Below are positions 1 through 8,211 of a stretch of 64,000 nt of DNA, one piece after another. The stretch covers positions 2,662-66,661 of the forward strand of contig JACRPI010000005.1 in assembly GCA_016214075.1 (NCBI GenBank), given 5' to 3'. The position numbers and the translations under genes were made by a program. The notes below the pieces were generated by a model that did no database searches, was not told where the DNA came from, and saw nothing but the letters and a program-made list of their open reading frames with translations. Every line of letters begins with the position of its first letter. The first letter of the stretch is position 1. Source of the stretch: Candidatus Woesearchaeota archaeon (GTDB lineage Archaea; Nanobdellota; Nanobdellia; Woesearchaeales; DSVV01).

Positions 1-727
1 CATATCCTTTTTTAGGATTAAATTTTGTTTTAAACTTCGGTTCATACAATGTCTGGCTTTTTCGAACTTCTGTCACGAGTTTTCCAGTTCGATCATCAAC
101 CATGTACAAAACCTGTCTGCCTGGTTCTTCTTCATAGGACAAAAATTGTTTAACACCAGGAGCGATTTCCCTGTTCCACGCGGCGGAAGAAATATCACGT
201 TGCGCTTCACCAGTGTGCACAACAACAGCGCCTGCGTTGACATCGCCCGCAAAAACAATCGCTTTTTTGACTTCTTCCATGCTTCGATGTCGAAATTCAT
301 CATTAAAACCACGTTCCTGATAATTGTAGCCGGAAAGGTTTCCAACAGTGTTTGGTGGTGTATGGACGCTTGTATAACTCACGGAGTTTGCGCGGGCAAG
401 TTCGCGGAGTGCTTGTCTCGCTTCATGACCGTATCCTTCTGCGCCTCCTGGTTCGCCTCCTCCTTGAATAGTCGCGAGTTCAATGCTTCCTGCGCCAATG
501 CGAATTGCTTGGGAAGCGGTTTGAACAAGGCTACCGAATCTGCTTCCTTCTGTAACAGAAGTACCAAGGTCATTGACACCTATGGTAGAAGTTTGTGTTC
601 CTTCAATGTTTGGACCGTGTCCTCCTCCTTGACCAGAAGCTTCACCAATGTACGAGTCCGCGACACTTGAATCAGTAAGAGAATGATAATCCCGTGTGGG
701 TCCAAAATAGCCGCTTCCGAAGAACAT
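1..727 (-). CDS. Partial CDS (5' part in window, runs off left edge): xylose-isomerase-like TIM-barrel sugar-phosphate isomerase/epimerase-like protein (tentative)
   Basis: Hand translation of minus strand from ATG at 725-727 (in-frame stop just upstream) stays open to position 1: MFFGSGYFGPTRDYHSL...SVHTPPNTVGN...AGAVVVHTGE, resembling the lsvHap / lGakvvvvHpG motifs of the AP-endonuclease-2 / xylose isomerase-like fold. The listed plus ORF 146..670 reads as antisense noise. Confidence 0.4.
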   Translation of the reverse strand, partial: MFFGSGYFGPTRDYHSLTDSSVADSYIGEASGQGGGHGPNIEGTQTSTIGVNDLGTSVTEGSRFGSLVQTASQAIRIGAGSIELATIQGGGEPGGAEGYGHEARQALRELARANSVSYTSVHTPPNTVGNLSGYNYQERGFNDEFRHRSMEEVKKAIVFAGDVNAGAVVVHTGEAQRDISSAAWNREIAPGVKQFLSYEEEPGRQVLYMVDDRTGKLVTEVRKSQTLYEPKFKTKFNPKKGY

Positions 728-785
728 AGGTCTTTTCTAGAAAAAGAGATATTTAATGGTTTTGGTTCTTAGAGGAAACAAAGAG

Positions 786-1373
786 CTATCTATACATTTC
801 AACATTTTCAAAAGGAATCAGTGCTCGTCGTACAGCGTCTGCTATTTCTTGGCTTCGTTGGACTCTCGCTTGTGTGAGCAAATGAACACATCCATGTTCT
901 TCACCTATTTTTGGAGAATCAGTAAATCCGCATCTTTTATATGCTTCACTAATATCCACATGTTCTTGGAGAACGCAATCTATAACTGCTTTTGGATGTT
1001 CAAATCCTGCAGATGAGCCAAATAAATATGTATCTCCATCATATATAGTGCAAATTGTTTTTTCTTCATAACGCGGGCTTCCGTCAGGGTGAACGAGAAG
1101 AGGGATTTCAAGGAGTCCTGCTTCAATTCCAACTCCAAAGCGGCAATCACCATCATCTTTTCCTTCAGTAAATGCTCCTGATGCTCTGTTTATTGCTCCT
1201 CTCATTGTTTCATCCATTCCAAAAGGTTGGTCACGAACGTGAGAAAGAATGTTGTATGCTCTAATCTCATCAGAAACAAAAGCTGGATAACACTGCACGT
1301 GAGACTCACCATAAATAGCTCTATGTACTGCTTCTCCTTTTGTCCTGTTCATGGATCCAACTGCGATAATCAT
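786..1373 (-). CDS. Non-canonical purine NTP pyrophosphatase, DUF84/YjjX family (inosine/xanthosine triphosphatase-like)
   Basis: 195 aa; N-terminus MIIAVGSMNRTKGEAV and overall layout fit the DUF84 NTPase family. Confidence 0.55.
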   Translation of the reverse strand: MIIAVGSMNRTKGEAVHRAIYGESHVQCYPAFVSDEIRAYNILSHVRDQPFGMDETMRGAINRASGAFTEGKDDGDCRFGVGIEAGLLEIPLLVHPDGSPRYEEKTICTIYDGDTYLFGSSAGFEHPKAVIDCVLQEHVDISEAYKRCGFTDSPKIGEEHGCVHLLTQARVQRSQEIADAVRRALIPFENVEMYR

Positions 1374-1458
1374 AGAAGAAAGGAAAAACCCACTCTTTAA
1401 AAATGTAAAGGAAAGTGGAGTAGTGAAGCAAGGGAAAAAAGCTTAAAGTAGAATAAAA

Positions 1459-1520
1459 GCACGCACTAGTAAACACACCCCTGCCAGAGGGACCCATTGC
1501 AGTGGCAATGGGGTCTTATT
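1459..1520 (+). repeat. Family-B repeat, 3' module copy (B6): cacgcactagtaaa...CCAGAGGGACCC-ATTGCagtgGCAAT-GGGGTCTTATT
   Basis: Shares the acacgcaccagtaaa / GGGGGACCC / hairpin / GGGTATTAT architecture with copies at 20287, 42316, 53748 and 58836. Confidence 0.5.
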
Positions 1521-1568
1521 GAGATGAGAAAGACTAAATAAATAAATCAAAAGAAAAAACAAAAAAAA

Positions 1569-1778
1569 TTAAATAATATCTCCATAATCATCTTCTTCAT
1601 CATTGACAGAAAGGTCTTCTTCAACAGTGTCGACGTTGGTCACGTCATCAACTGTTTGGGAAGTTGTTTCTGTAGTTTCAGAAGGCGTTTCAGAGGTTGT
1701 TTCTTCAACAGTTTCTGTTCCACATCCTGCGACTAAAAGAAGCAAGATGAGAAAAAATGCAAGTGCGTATGATTTCAT
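1569..1778 (-). CDS. Small acidic lipoprotein (signal peptide plus lipobox Cys)
   Basis: MKSYALAFFLILLLLVAGCG..., then an E/T/D-rich tail. Confidence 0.5.
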   Translation of the reverse strand: MKSYALAFFLILLLLVAGCGTETVEETTSETPSETTETTSQTVDDVTNVDTVEEDLSVNDEEDDYGDII

Positions 1779-1789
1779 TGTTTTCCCCT

Positions 1790-3130
1790 CTATTGTTCTT
1801 CAGATGATTCTTGTTCATCTTCTGTATCTTCAGTGTCCTCGTCTTCAGATTCATCTTCGCTTTCTTCAGTTTCACTGTCAGAAGAGTCATCATCAGATTC
1901 TGCAGCTCGAGATTCTTTCGCATTTTTACGCGCTTCCTTTGCTTCATCACGAGAAGCTTTTATCTCTTCACGTGCTTCATCGCGAGCAGCTTTAATTTCC
2001 TCTCGTGCTTCATTACGTGCAGTTTTTATCTCTTCACGTGCTTCATCGCGTGCGGCTTTAATTTCTTCTCGCGCTTCCTCACGTGCTGTTTTCATTTCTT
2101 CTCGTGCAGCTTTTCGTGATTCTTTAACAGCTTCACGCATGTCTTTCGCGAGTTCTTTTGCTTCTTTGACAAGTGCTCGTGCTTCTTCAGTGAGACTCTT
2201 TACTTCTTCTTTGTCAAAGTCAGCTGCGGCAATTGCTATTTCATCAGCGATCGCTTCAAGCTGCGCGATAATTTCATTAAGTTCTGCGGAACCTTCTGCG
2301 TCACCGTAACGGTCAGCGAGTTTTTGAAGATTGTTCAATCGCGCAAGAACAACAGTGGATTTTGCGTGTGCGTAGCCGCTTCGCGCTTCTCCCCAAGCTT
2401 CTTTTGCTTCATCATCTTCAGTGGATTCTTCTTTATAATCTCCAACTGCTTCAACAACAGCACTCACTTCAACATCATTTTCTTCAAATAATGTTTTTGC
2501 TTCTTCGCGTGCATTCTGTATAATCTCTTTGACTTGTTCATGCACTGCTTCAAAATCACTTTCAGGTGTTAAGCTGTCGCGAAGTGCTTCAAGTTCAGCT
2601 ATGTATGCTTCAATAGCGCTGGTATCAACGTCAGGGAAGTTTTCGTTCAAGTATGCGATAACTCCCTCTGCTGTTAAGATTTTCTCTGTCATAAAATAGT
2701 ATGCGCGTGCATATTCAGTTTCATCCTGCGCTTCTTCCATTGCTGTAACGTCTGCTTCAACATCTTCAAGTTCTAATTCTTCAGCTTCTTCTTCAGTGAT
2801 TGTTTCTTCACTTTCAGTTGAATCTTCTTCATCAGCTTCTGCTGTGGATTCTTCATCATCAGCACTTTCTTCAGCTTCTTCGCTTTCTTGTTCAGAATCA
2901 TCAGTTTCAGTGTCTTCAGAACCTGTTTCTTCGGTAGATTCTTCACTATCATCGCTTTCTTCAGTTGTTTCATCTTCTGCTTCTTCAGACGTTTCCTCGT
3001 CGCTGCTCTCGTCATCAGTGGTCTCTTCTGCGTCTTCAGTTTCTTGTCCTTCTTCTGCAGCAACGCTTACTGCGAAAAGAGAAAAGACAACAAGAAACAC
3101 CATCAATAAAGAATACATTGTTTTGTTCAT
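1790..3130 (-). CDS. Secreted, highly acidic protein with tandem AREEIKAARDE repeats
   Basis: Signal peptide MYSLLMVFLVVFSLFAVSVAA from an internal Met. Asp/Glu-rich N- and C-terminal regions. About five 11-aa repeats encoded by 33-bp DNA repeats at about 1925-2115. Confidence 0.7.
   Translation of the reverse strand: MNKTMYSLLMVFLVVFSLFAVSVAAEEGQETEDAEETTDDESSDEETSEEAEDETTEESDDSEESTEETGSEDTETDDSEQESEEAEESADDEESTAEADEEDSTESEETITEEEAEELELEDVEADVTAMEEAQDETEYARAYYFMTEKILTAEGVIAYLNENFPDVDTSAIEAYIAELEALRDSLTPESDFEAVHEQVKEIIQNAREEAKTLFEENDVEVSAVVEAVGDYKEESTEDDEAKEAWGEARSGYAHAKSTVVLARLNNLQKLADRYGDAEGSAELNEIIAQLEAIADEIAIAAADFDKEEVKSLTEEARALVKEAKELAKDMREAVKESRKAAREEMKTAREEAREEIKAARDEAREEIKTARNEAREEIKAARDEAREEIKASRDEAKEARKNAKESRAAESDDDSSDSETEESEDESEDEDTEDTEDEQESSEEQ
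1925..2115. repeat. Tandem 33-bp direct repeats (about 5.5 units) inside the acidic-protein CDS
   Basis: tcttcacgtgcttcatcgcgagcagctttaatt-type units read directly in the sequence. Confidence 0.8.
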
Positions 3131-3345
3131 GTTCTCATCCTCGTTTTTCTTTGTATATCCCAAATACAAAGGTGTTTAAATATTTTATTAGTGGAAAGAG
3201 GAATGCATGCAATGCATGGTCCATGGCGGGTGTGTTGCACAGGATCCATGCATTGCGCATCCATCATACGCACTACAGATTCTGTAGCTGGAAACTATAT
3301 TACTAATTTTATGGAAACTATGGAAACTATAGGTCTTGAAAAATC

Positions 3346-4281
3346 TCAAACCCCTTTCTTCATCTTCTCTCCAAGAGTAAGAATTCGTATTTTTCCTTCT
3401 TTTTTGACAGCAACAAGTCCGCGAAGTTCTAATCTTTTAATAATCTTGCTCATGTTTGATTTTGTGTAACCAAGCTGTTTGATGATTTCATATTGTTTAA
3501 TCTCTATGTTTTTAATAATTAGTGCAAGAACTGCTTTTTCCCGTTCATTAAGAATGTTCGTCGCCTTCAATGCTTTCTGTTGATTACGATACACATAGAG
3601 TTGTTGCGCACCAATCCCAAGACCCGCACCAAAGATAAGAGTAAGAAGAAGAATCGCTGTCCATTTCCAGTAATTGATGCCTGTTTCTTGTGCAAATCGG
3701 ACCAGAAAAACAGATGGAGTATCTTTGGTGAGCGCGCTTTGCCACTGAATCACCACATTGTCTGCGGTCTCGCTGACTGTTGCGTCAGGAACAATAAGAT
3801 AGTTTTCTCCCCCGTCTTGTGCAGTATTATAGAGCACCACATCTTTGTCCAGTTTGACAATATGGACAAAATTTTCAATGTCTGCGGAAGGAACAAGGAC
3901 AAGAAGATATTCAAAATATCCTTCTTTTTGCACAACGTTATGAGTGACTGTTTCAAGGGTGACAACACGAGCTTCATGGGGTTGAACAGGGATAGAAAAA
4001 CTGAAAGAGACTTTTAGATTTTCCTCTTCTTCAGTAACGCTGTACGAAATGGTTCCATAAGAATCCCGTATGCTTTCTATTTCAGCGTCTTTTGCAAGGT
4101 GCAGTATCCCTTGCGTTAATGCACTAGTTTTTGTGTTGTTAATAGTTATTTCTATGCTGTTGGCAACATCATCATTTGAAGGTGCAGCAGTAATCTTATA
4201 GGATTCAATTTCAAATGCGGAAACTATGTGGAAACTCAACAAAAAAATAAGTACTGAAAAATACAACATTCTGATCTTCAT
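3346..4281 (-). CDS. Membrane-anchored winged-helix transcriptional regulator (extracellular N-domain, one TM helix, C-terminal wHTH)
   Basis: Signal/TM MKIRMLYFSVLIFLLSFHIVSA, later TM WTAILLLTLIFGAGLGIG, C-terminal wHTH KAVLALIIKNIEIKQYEIIKQLGYTKSNMSKIIKRLELRGLV. Confidence 0.6.
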   Translation of the reverse strand: MKIRMLYFSVLIFLLSFHIVSAFEIESYKITAAPSNDDVANSIEITINNTKTSALTQGILHLAKDAEIESIRDSYGTISYSVTEEEENLKVSFSFSIPVQPHEARVVTLETVTHNVVQKEGYFEYLLVLVPSADIENFVHIVKLDKDVVLYNTAQDGGENYLIVPDATVSETADNVVIQWQSALTKDTPSVFLVRFAQETGINYWKWTAILLLTLIFGAGLGIGAQQLYVYRNQQKALKATNILNEREKAVLALIIKNIEIKQYEIIKQLGYTKSNMSKIIKRLELRGLVAVKKEGKIRILTLGEKMKKGV

Positions 4282-4616
4282 GAGTTCAGAATAATGAGAT
4301 AAGATTAATAAAGATTTAGGTGCAAACAGATGCAAATTCATAAGATATAAAAAGCAGCCCTTTTTTTAGAAAAAAAGAAAGCAAAATGATCACATGGAAA
4401 GAATATGTAATTATGCAGTTTTTGAACACTATTACATTTCTCATTATTCAGGAATTTTTCTGGTTAAAAATGAGAAAAAGATTTGACTCCATTCTTGGAA
4501 AAGGCAAAATAGCAACCCCTGCGACGCATTTAAAAAATTTCAAGCAGCGCGTGAAAGATTGGCGACAACGAGAAAGAGACGCGCTTGTGCAGAGTCATAA
4601 AAAATTATAAACTTAC

Positions 4617-5180
4617 TCAAGGAAAATACTTCTGCTTTGGCGCGCTCTGTTCTCCAAGTAACTCTTTAGTGAGTCTATACGTTGCGTCAGCAATCTCTTT
4701 CAACTCGTCAGGCATCTCTTTGTATTGTCCGAGGACTTCAATAACCTCTTTCTGTAAATCTTGAAGAACAGTTGTGCGTGCGTAGTCAACAACAGCGTCT
4801 TGCTGTTGGTAATTATAGCGAATGTTTTGCAGTTGGGTATACAAGCCAACAATAGGATGTCCCTGTGGAACGCGCGCGTTTTGCGCCTGTGATTCAAGAT
4901 CCTTGCCTTCTTTTTCAAGATATTTGCTCAGTTCAGCGCGCTGATCATCGAGTTTTTTGCGTTCATCTTGTTCTTTCAATAATTTTTGTTCTTGAAGAAG
5001 TGCATGTTTCAGCAGTTCTTTTCTATTCCTATCAAGAAGTTCTTGTGATTGTTTGACAGCCTGTTCGGTACTTTGAAGATCTTTTTTTGCTTCTGCCGCG
5101 AGCTTTTCAAGATATTTAATGCGCTCTTCAGGACTCATTTTTGCAAGCGCTTGAGCAACCTTGTTCTGGTCGTATTCCAT
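4617..5180 (-). CDS. Coiled-coil hypothetical protein
   Basis: 187 aa, heptad-like K/E/L/Q-rich sequence. Same strand as, and 58 bp from, the next gene. Confidence 0.5.
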   Translation of the reverse strand: MEYDQNKVAQALAKMSPEERIKYLEKLAAEAKKDLQSTEQAVKQSQELLDRNRKELLKHALLQEQKLLKEQDERKKLDDQRAELSKYLEKEGKDLESQAQNARVPQGHPIVGLYTQLQNIRYNYQQQDAVVDYARTTVLQDLQKEVIEVLGQYKEMPDELKEIADATYRLTKELLGEQSAPKQKYFP

Positions 5181-5238
5181 AAGAGAAGAAAATGCGTAAT
5201 CTTATTTAAAGTTCTCTATATATATTTGAGAAAAATAA

Positions 5239-6759
5239 CTACCAATGAACCATTCCATTTTTCTTTTTGAACTCTTTGTAAATCTGATAGCACCCTTCTT
5301 GCGCGACTTTTTCAGCAGCTTTTTTTTCGTTGTCAATAACTTGCTTATCAGGTGCGTGGTCGTGACCATGATCTTTCTCTCCAACACCCATTCCTAATGG
5401 TTTAATAATTTCTCCAAATCCTTTGAATACAGCGACAAAAGGTTCAGCAATTCCACCACCGGACTTCTTTCCATGGCCTCCGTCTCCGTGATCTCCATGC
5501 GCATCTCCCTTTTTCTTTTCTTTTTTCTCACCATAGGGAGAAGGTTCTCCAGCTTCTTGAAGATACCTTTCTAACTCATCGCCAAGAGATTCGAGCGCAG
5601 CTTTGACGCTGCCATCAACAACAGAGAGAAGATCAAAATCTTCTTTCTCTTTCATCTTAATATACTGATCAATCTTTTTTTTATCCCATCCATACGCACG
5701 AAGCGTCAAATCTGTTTTTCCAACATGCAGTGGTCCACGCTGATATTCTTGTTGATATGCCATTTGTGGCGTAGAACGATAAGAGAAATGCAACAACACA
5801 ACAGAGTACACATGTTTGTTGGTAATGAGTTGTCTTCCGAGTCTGAAGTTCGTCGGGAATTTTTTCGCGAGCACTTCAATCTCCACAAGCGATCCTTCAA
5901 ACGCGGAAATCAAATCAACAGATTTTGTCTGATCCATCATTTGAAGTCGTTGAATATTTCGTAAATAGGGTTTGACCCAGTGCATGTACATTTTAATGAT
6001 GTCAAAATGCTGGCGGAGATATTTAATAGTAAAAACACGCCTATTCTTGATTTCGTCATATGTTGTTCGCTTCCACTCCATAAACGTGCGAAGCTTTCTC
6101 TTCAAAACTCTCTTGACTGCTTCGTTGAAATCAAGCGCGTTGACCGCGATTTCAATGTCTTCAACAACTTCAGGATGAACGCTGAAGAATAAATCAGGAA
6201 GCGTGGTAAACTGAAGTTCTCTTGCCATCCCAAAAACAGACGCGGGGTTTTTTGATCCTTGTTCAACAAGATCAATCCAGATTCCTTTGAGAGTAATTTC
6301 CGCGCTCTCTCTGCTTTTACTGTGGGAATAACTATCTTTGTAATAGTTCATTCTTTCGTCGAGAATTCTGATTTCACGGACAAGCTGGAACAATTCTTTG
6401 ACCATCTTCCCAATGGTTGCGAGAAATTGGGAAACTTTATCCTGTTGTAAACCAAGGCGCTGCTGTGCGCTGCCGAAGAATGCGGAATGTTCTGACGCGC
6501 CAAACATATCTGTTATTTTGGTAAGCTCATTAAATCCTTCGTGAGTTCGGAGAAATTCCATTGTCCAAAAATAATTCTCTTCTATGGACTGGTTGAAAAT
6601 CTGATGCACTACTTTGTAGGTGAGTTTTGATTGGGGAAAACCAGTCTTGACATAGATGGTATTCCCTTTAAAATCCATTCCTCCTTCAATCTCTTCTTCA
6701 TCAGGTGATCCATCATCTTTTTTGAAATCAAATTGAGCAAGTAATTCAGGAGACGTCAT
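5239..6759 (-). CDS. Large hypothetical protein with C-terminal His/Gly-rich segments (possible metal binding)
   Basis: Start taken at MTSPELL. C-terminus KGDAHGDHGDGGHGKKSGGG and KDHGHDHAPD. No family recognised. Confidence 0.55.
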   Translation of the reverse strand: MTSPELLAQFDFKKDDGSPDEEEIEGGMDFKGNTIYVKTGFPQSKLTYKVVHQIFNQSIEENYFWTMEFLRTHEGFNELTKITDMFGASEHSAFFGSAQQRLGLQQDKVSQFLATIGKMVKELFQLVREIRILDERMNYYKDSYSHSKSRESAEITLKGIWIDLVEQGSKNPASVFGMARELQFTTLPDLFFSVHPEVVEDIEIAVNALDFNEAVKRVLKRKLRTFMEWKRTTYDEIKNRRVFTIKYLRQHFDIIKMYMHWVKPYLRNIQRLQMMDQTKSVDLISAFEGSLVEIEVLAKKFPTNFRLGRQLITNKHVYSVVLLHFSYRSTPQMAYQQEYQRGPLHVGKTDLTLRAYGWDKKKIDQYIKMKEKEDFDLLSVVDGSVKAALESLGDELERYLQEAGEPSPYGEKKEKKKGDAHGDHGDGGHGKKSGGGIAEPFVAVFKGFGEIIKPLGMGVGEKDHGHDHAPDKQVIDNEKKAAEKVAQEGCYQIYKEFKKKNGMVHW

Positions 6760-6855
6760 TTTTTCCTCTTTTGGTGAAGTTCTGGAGAAGAAGGTATATA
6801 AATCTTTATTTTTTGAAAAGAAAACACATAAAAAGTTGAATCGCTTCACATATTC

Positions 6856-7245
6856 ATGGAAGTTATTATTGTTCTTTTCTTATTATGTACATTTCTTCTC
6901 TTATTCATTTTCTTTTTTGCTCGATTTGAGTGGATCATCAAAGAAGCGCGCCATATATGCTCTTTACCTTCAGGATATTTTAAGTTAGGCCAGATAACTT
7001 TACTCTCTTTCTCTGTAATCATCTTTATCATTTTATTAATACATAATCTTATTATAGAGAGAGAAACATCAAGCCTTGATATTTTTCTTACTGTAATTGT
7101 GGGTTTTTTAGGAACAATATTTGGAATGTTTTTTGGTGGAAAGGGAGAAGGGGAAGTAACAAAAGAAAGAATATTAGCGACAGCTGAGGCAAAGAACCTC
7201 ATTAAAAGTTATGAGGAGATATTTGAGAAATACTTAAAAAAGTGA
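6856..7245 (+). CDS. Small membrane protein (hypothetical)
   Basis: Three predicted TM segments and a charged C-terminal tail. The competing minus ORF 6846..7202 looks less protein-like. Confidence 0.35.
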   Translation: MEVIIVLFLLCTFLLLFIFFFARFEWIIKEARHICSLPSGYFKLGQITLLSFSVIIFIILLIHNLIIERETSSLDIFLTVIVGFLGTIFGMFFGGKGEGEVTKERILATAEAKNLIKSYEEIFEKYLKK

Positions 7246-7425
7246 TTATAAGTAAAAGAGACGATCTAATTTCTCTACAACATGTTTGGAGCGGTCTCGA
7301 AGTAGTCGAAGTTCGCGCAGATCTTTAGGGCTGATTATTATAGTTTGTTCATTTCTCCGATCTTTTGATTTGTTCGTCATGAAAAATATTAAGAGAATCA
7401 TCTATATAAAGAATTCGTTTTACTC

Positions 7426-7743
7426 CTACTTTCTCCAAAGCACAACAGTATTCCCTACAATCGAAATGAGAGTAGAACCAGTTTTGAGAGCAAGTTCCTC
7501 GCCTAACTCCCGCTTGGTCATGGGAATATCATCCATAAAGTTTCTTAAGAGTTTAATTTTCACTAATTTATGTGATTTCAGTTGTTTTATGATCTCTTGA
7601 AAGAGTGTCTGACCAAGTCCAGCTTTTCCAATGCGAACAAGCGGCTCTATTGCGTGTGCTTTTTTTCGAAGGGAAATAAGCTGCAACGTATTCAATTCAG
7701 GAGCTTTTTGTTCAGGTAATGCTGAAATTTCGTGTTCATCCAT
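7426..7743 (-). CDS. YhbY/CRS1 (CRM-domain) RNA-binding protein
   Basis: LRKKAHAIEPLVRIGKAGLGQTLFQEIIKQLKSHKLVKIKL matches the CRM-domain core (GKxGlt...elvKvk). Confidence 0.75.
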   Translation of the reverse strand: MDEHEISALPEQKAPELNTLQLISLRKKAHAIEPLVRIGKAGLGQTLFQEIIKQLKSHKLVKIKLLRNFMDDIPMTKRELGEELALKTGSTLISIVGNTVVLWRK

Positions 7744-7791
7744 TATTCTTTGAAGAATTATAGCTCATTTATATAGATGACTTTGAATATA

Positions 7792-7880
7792 GTAAATATC
7801 CTTAGATTTCGAACCGGCTATAGGATATTTACTATTCAGCAGAAATCCACCAATGTTCGAATCTCATGGATTTCTGCTAT
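7792..7880. promoter_or_regulatory. Two tandem perfect 12-bp-stem hairpins with loops each containing TTCGAA
   Basis: tagtaaatatcc-[ttagatttcgaaccggctata]-ggatatttacta, then agcagaaatcca-[ccaatgttcgaatctca]-tggatttctgct. Confidence 0.45.
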
Positions 7881-7914
7881 AACACGATTTTTGAGCATTT
7901 ATGCAAATGCATCT

Positions 7915-8112
7915 GTCAAGAACCACCAATCATCGCTCACTTCGTTCGCTATAGATTGGTGGCATGATCGAGGTGGTTCTTGAGCATGTTACGAATATAG
8001 CACCTTCAAAAAAACGAAGGTGGACTGATTGAACTATGTTCAATTCATTACGAATCGCAATTCGAAATGTTGTCCACTGGTTACTAAACCAGTGGTATAT
8101 TCGAAACATATT
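7915..8112 (+). repeat. Family-A structured repeat, copy A1 (with an internal ~47-bp insertion relative to A2)
   Basis: aagaaccacc...ggtggttctt outer stem, caccttc...gaaggtg and ccactggtt...aaccagtgg hairpins, ends ggtatattcgaaacatatt. About 90% identical to 13915-14072. Confidence 0.6.
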
Positions 8113-8211
8113 GAGAATTTTGGCAACTTGAAAGATCCTCAACATTATCAATAACTTCACTCCGAAAGTTTTATATGCATGAAGTAGTAAAAACAGGCAT
8201 AAGGGGCGATC

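Noticed and set aside
146-670. 174-aa plus-strand ORF at the left edge
   Set aside because: Low-complexity, Cys/Ser/Phe-rich translation with no motif. It is antisense to a coherent minus-strand frame (TIM-barrel-like partial CDS) that starts at ATG 725-727 with an in-frame upstream stop.
1833-3179. Several plus-strand ORFs (1811..2119, 1833..2309, 2796..3179, 2888..3109, 2965..3306) overlapping the acidic protein gene
   Set aside because: Poly-Ser/Phe products generated by reading the GA/CT-rich repeat DNA in antisense; the minus-strand secreted protein explains the region.
7286-7600. 104-aa plus ORF
   Set aside because: Antisense to the well-supported YhbY/CRM gene.
7777-7983. 68-aa plus ORF across the twin hairpins and element A1
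   Set aside because: Sits on a near-exact repeat and hairpin structures also found elsewhere in non-coding context; no RBS or protein-like composition.
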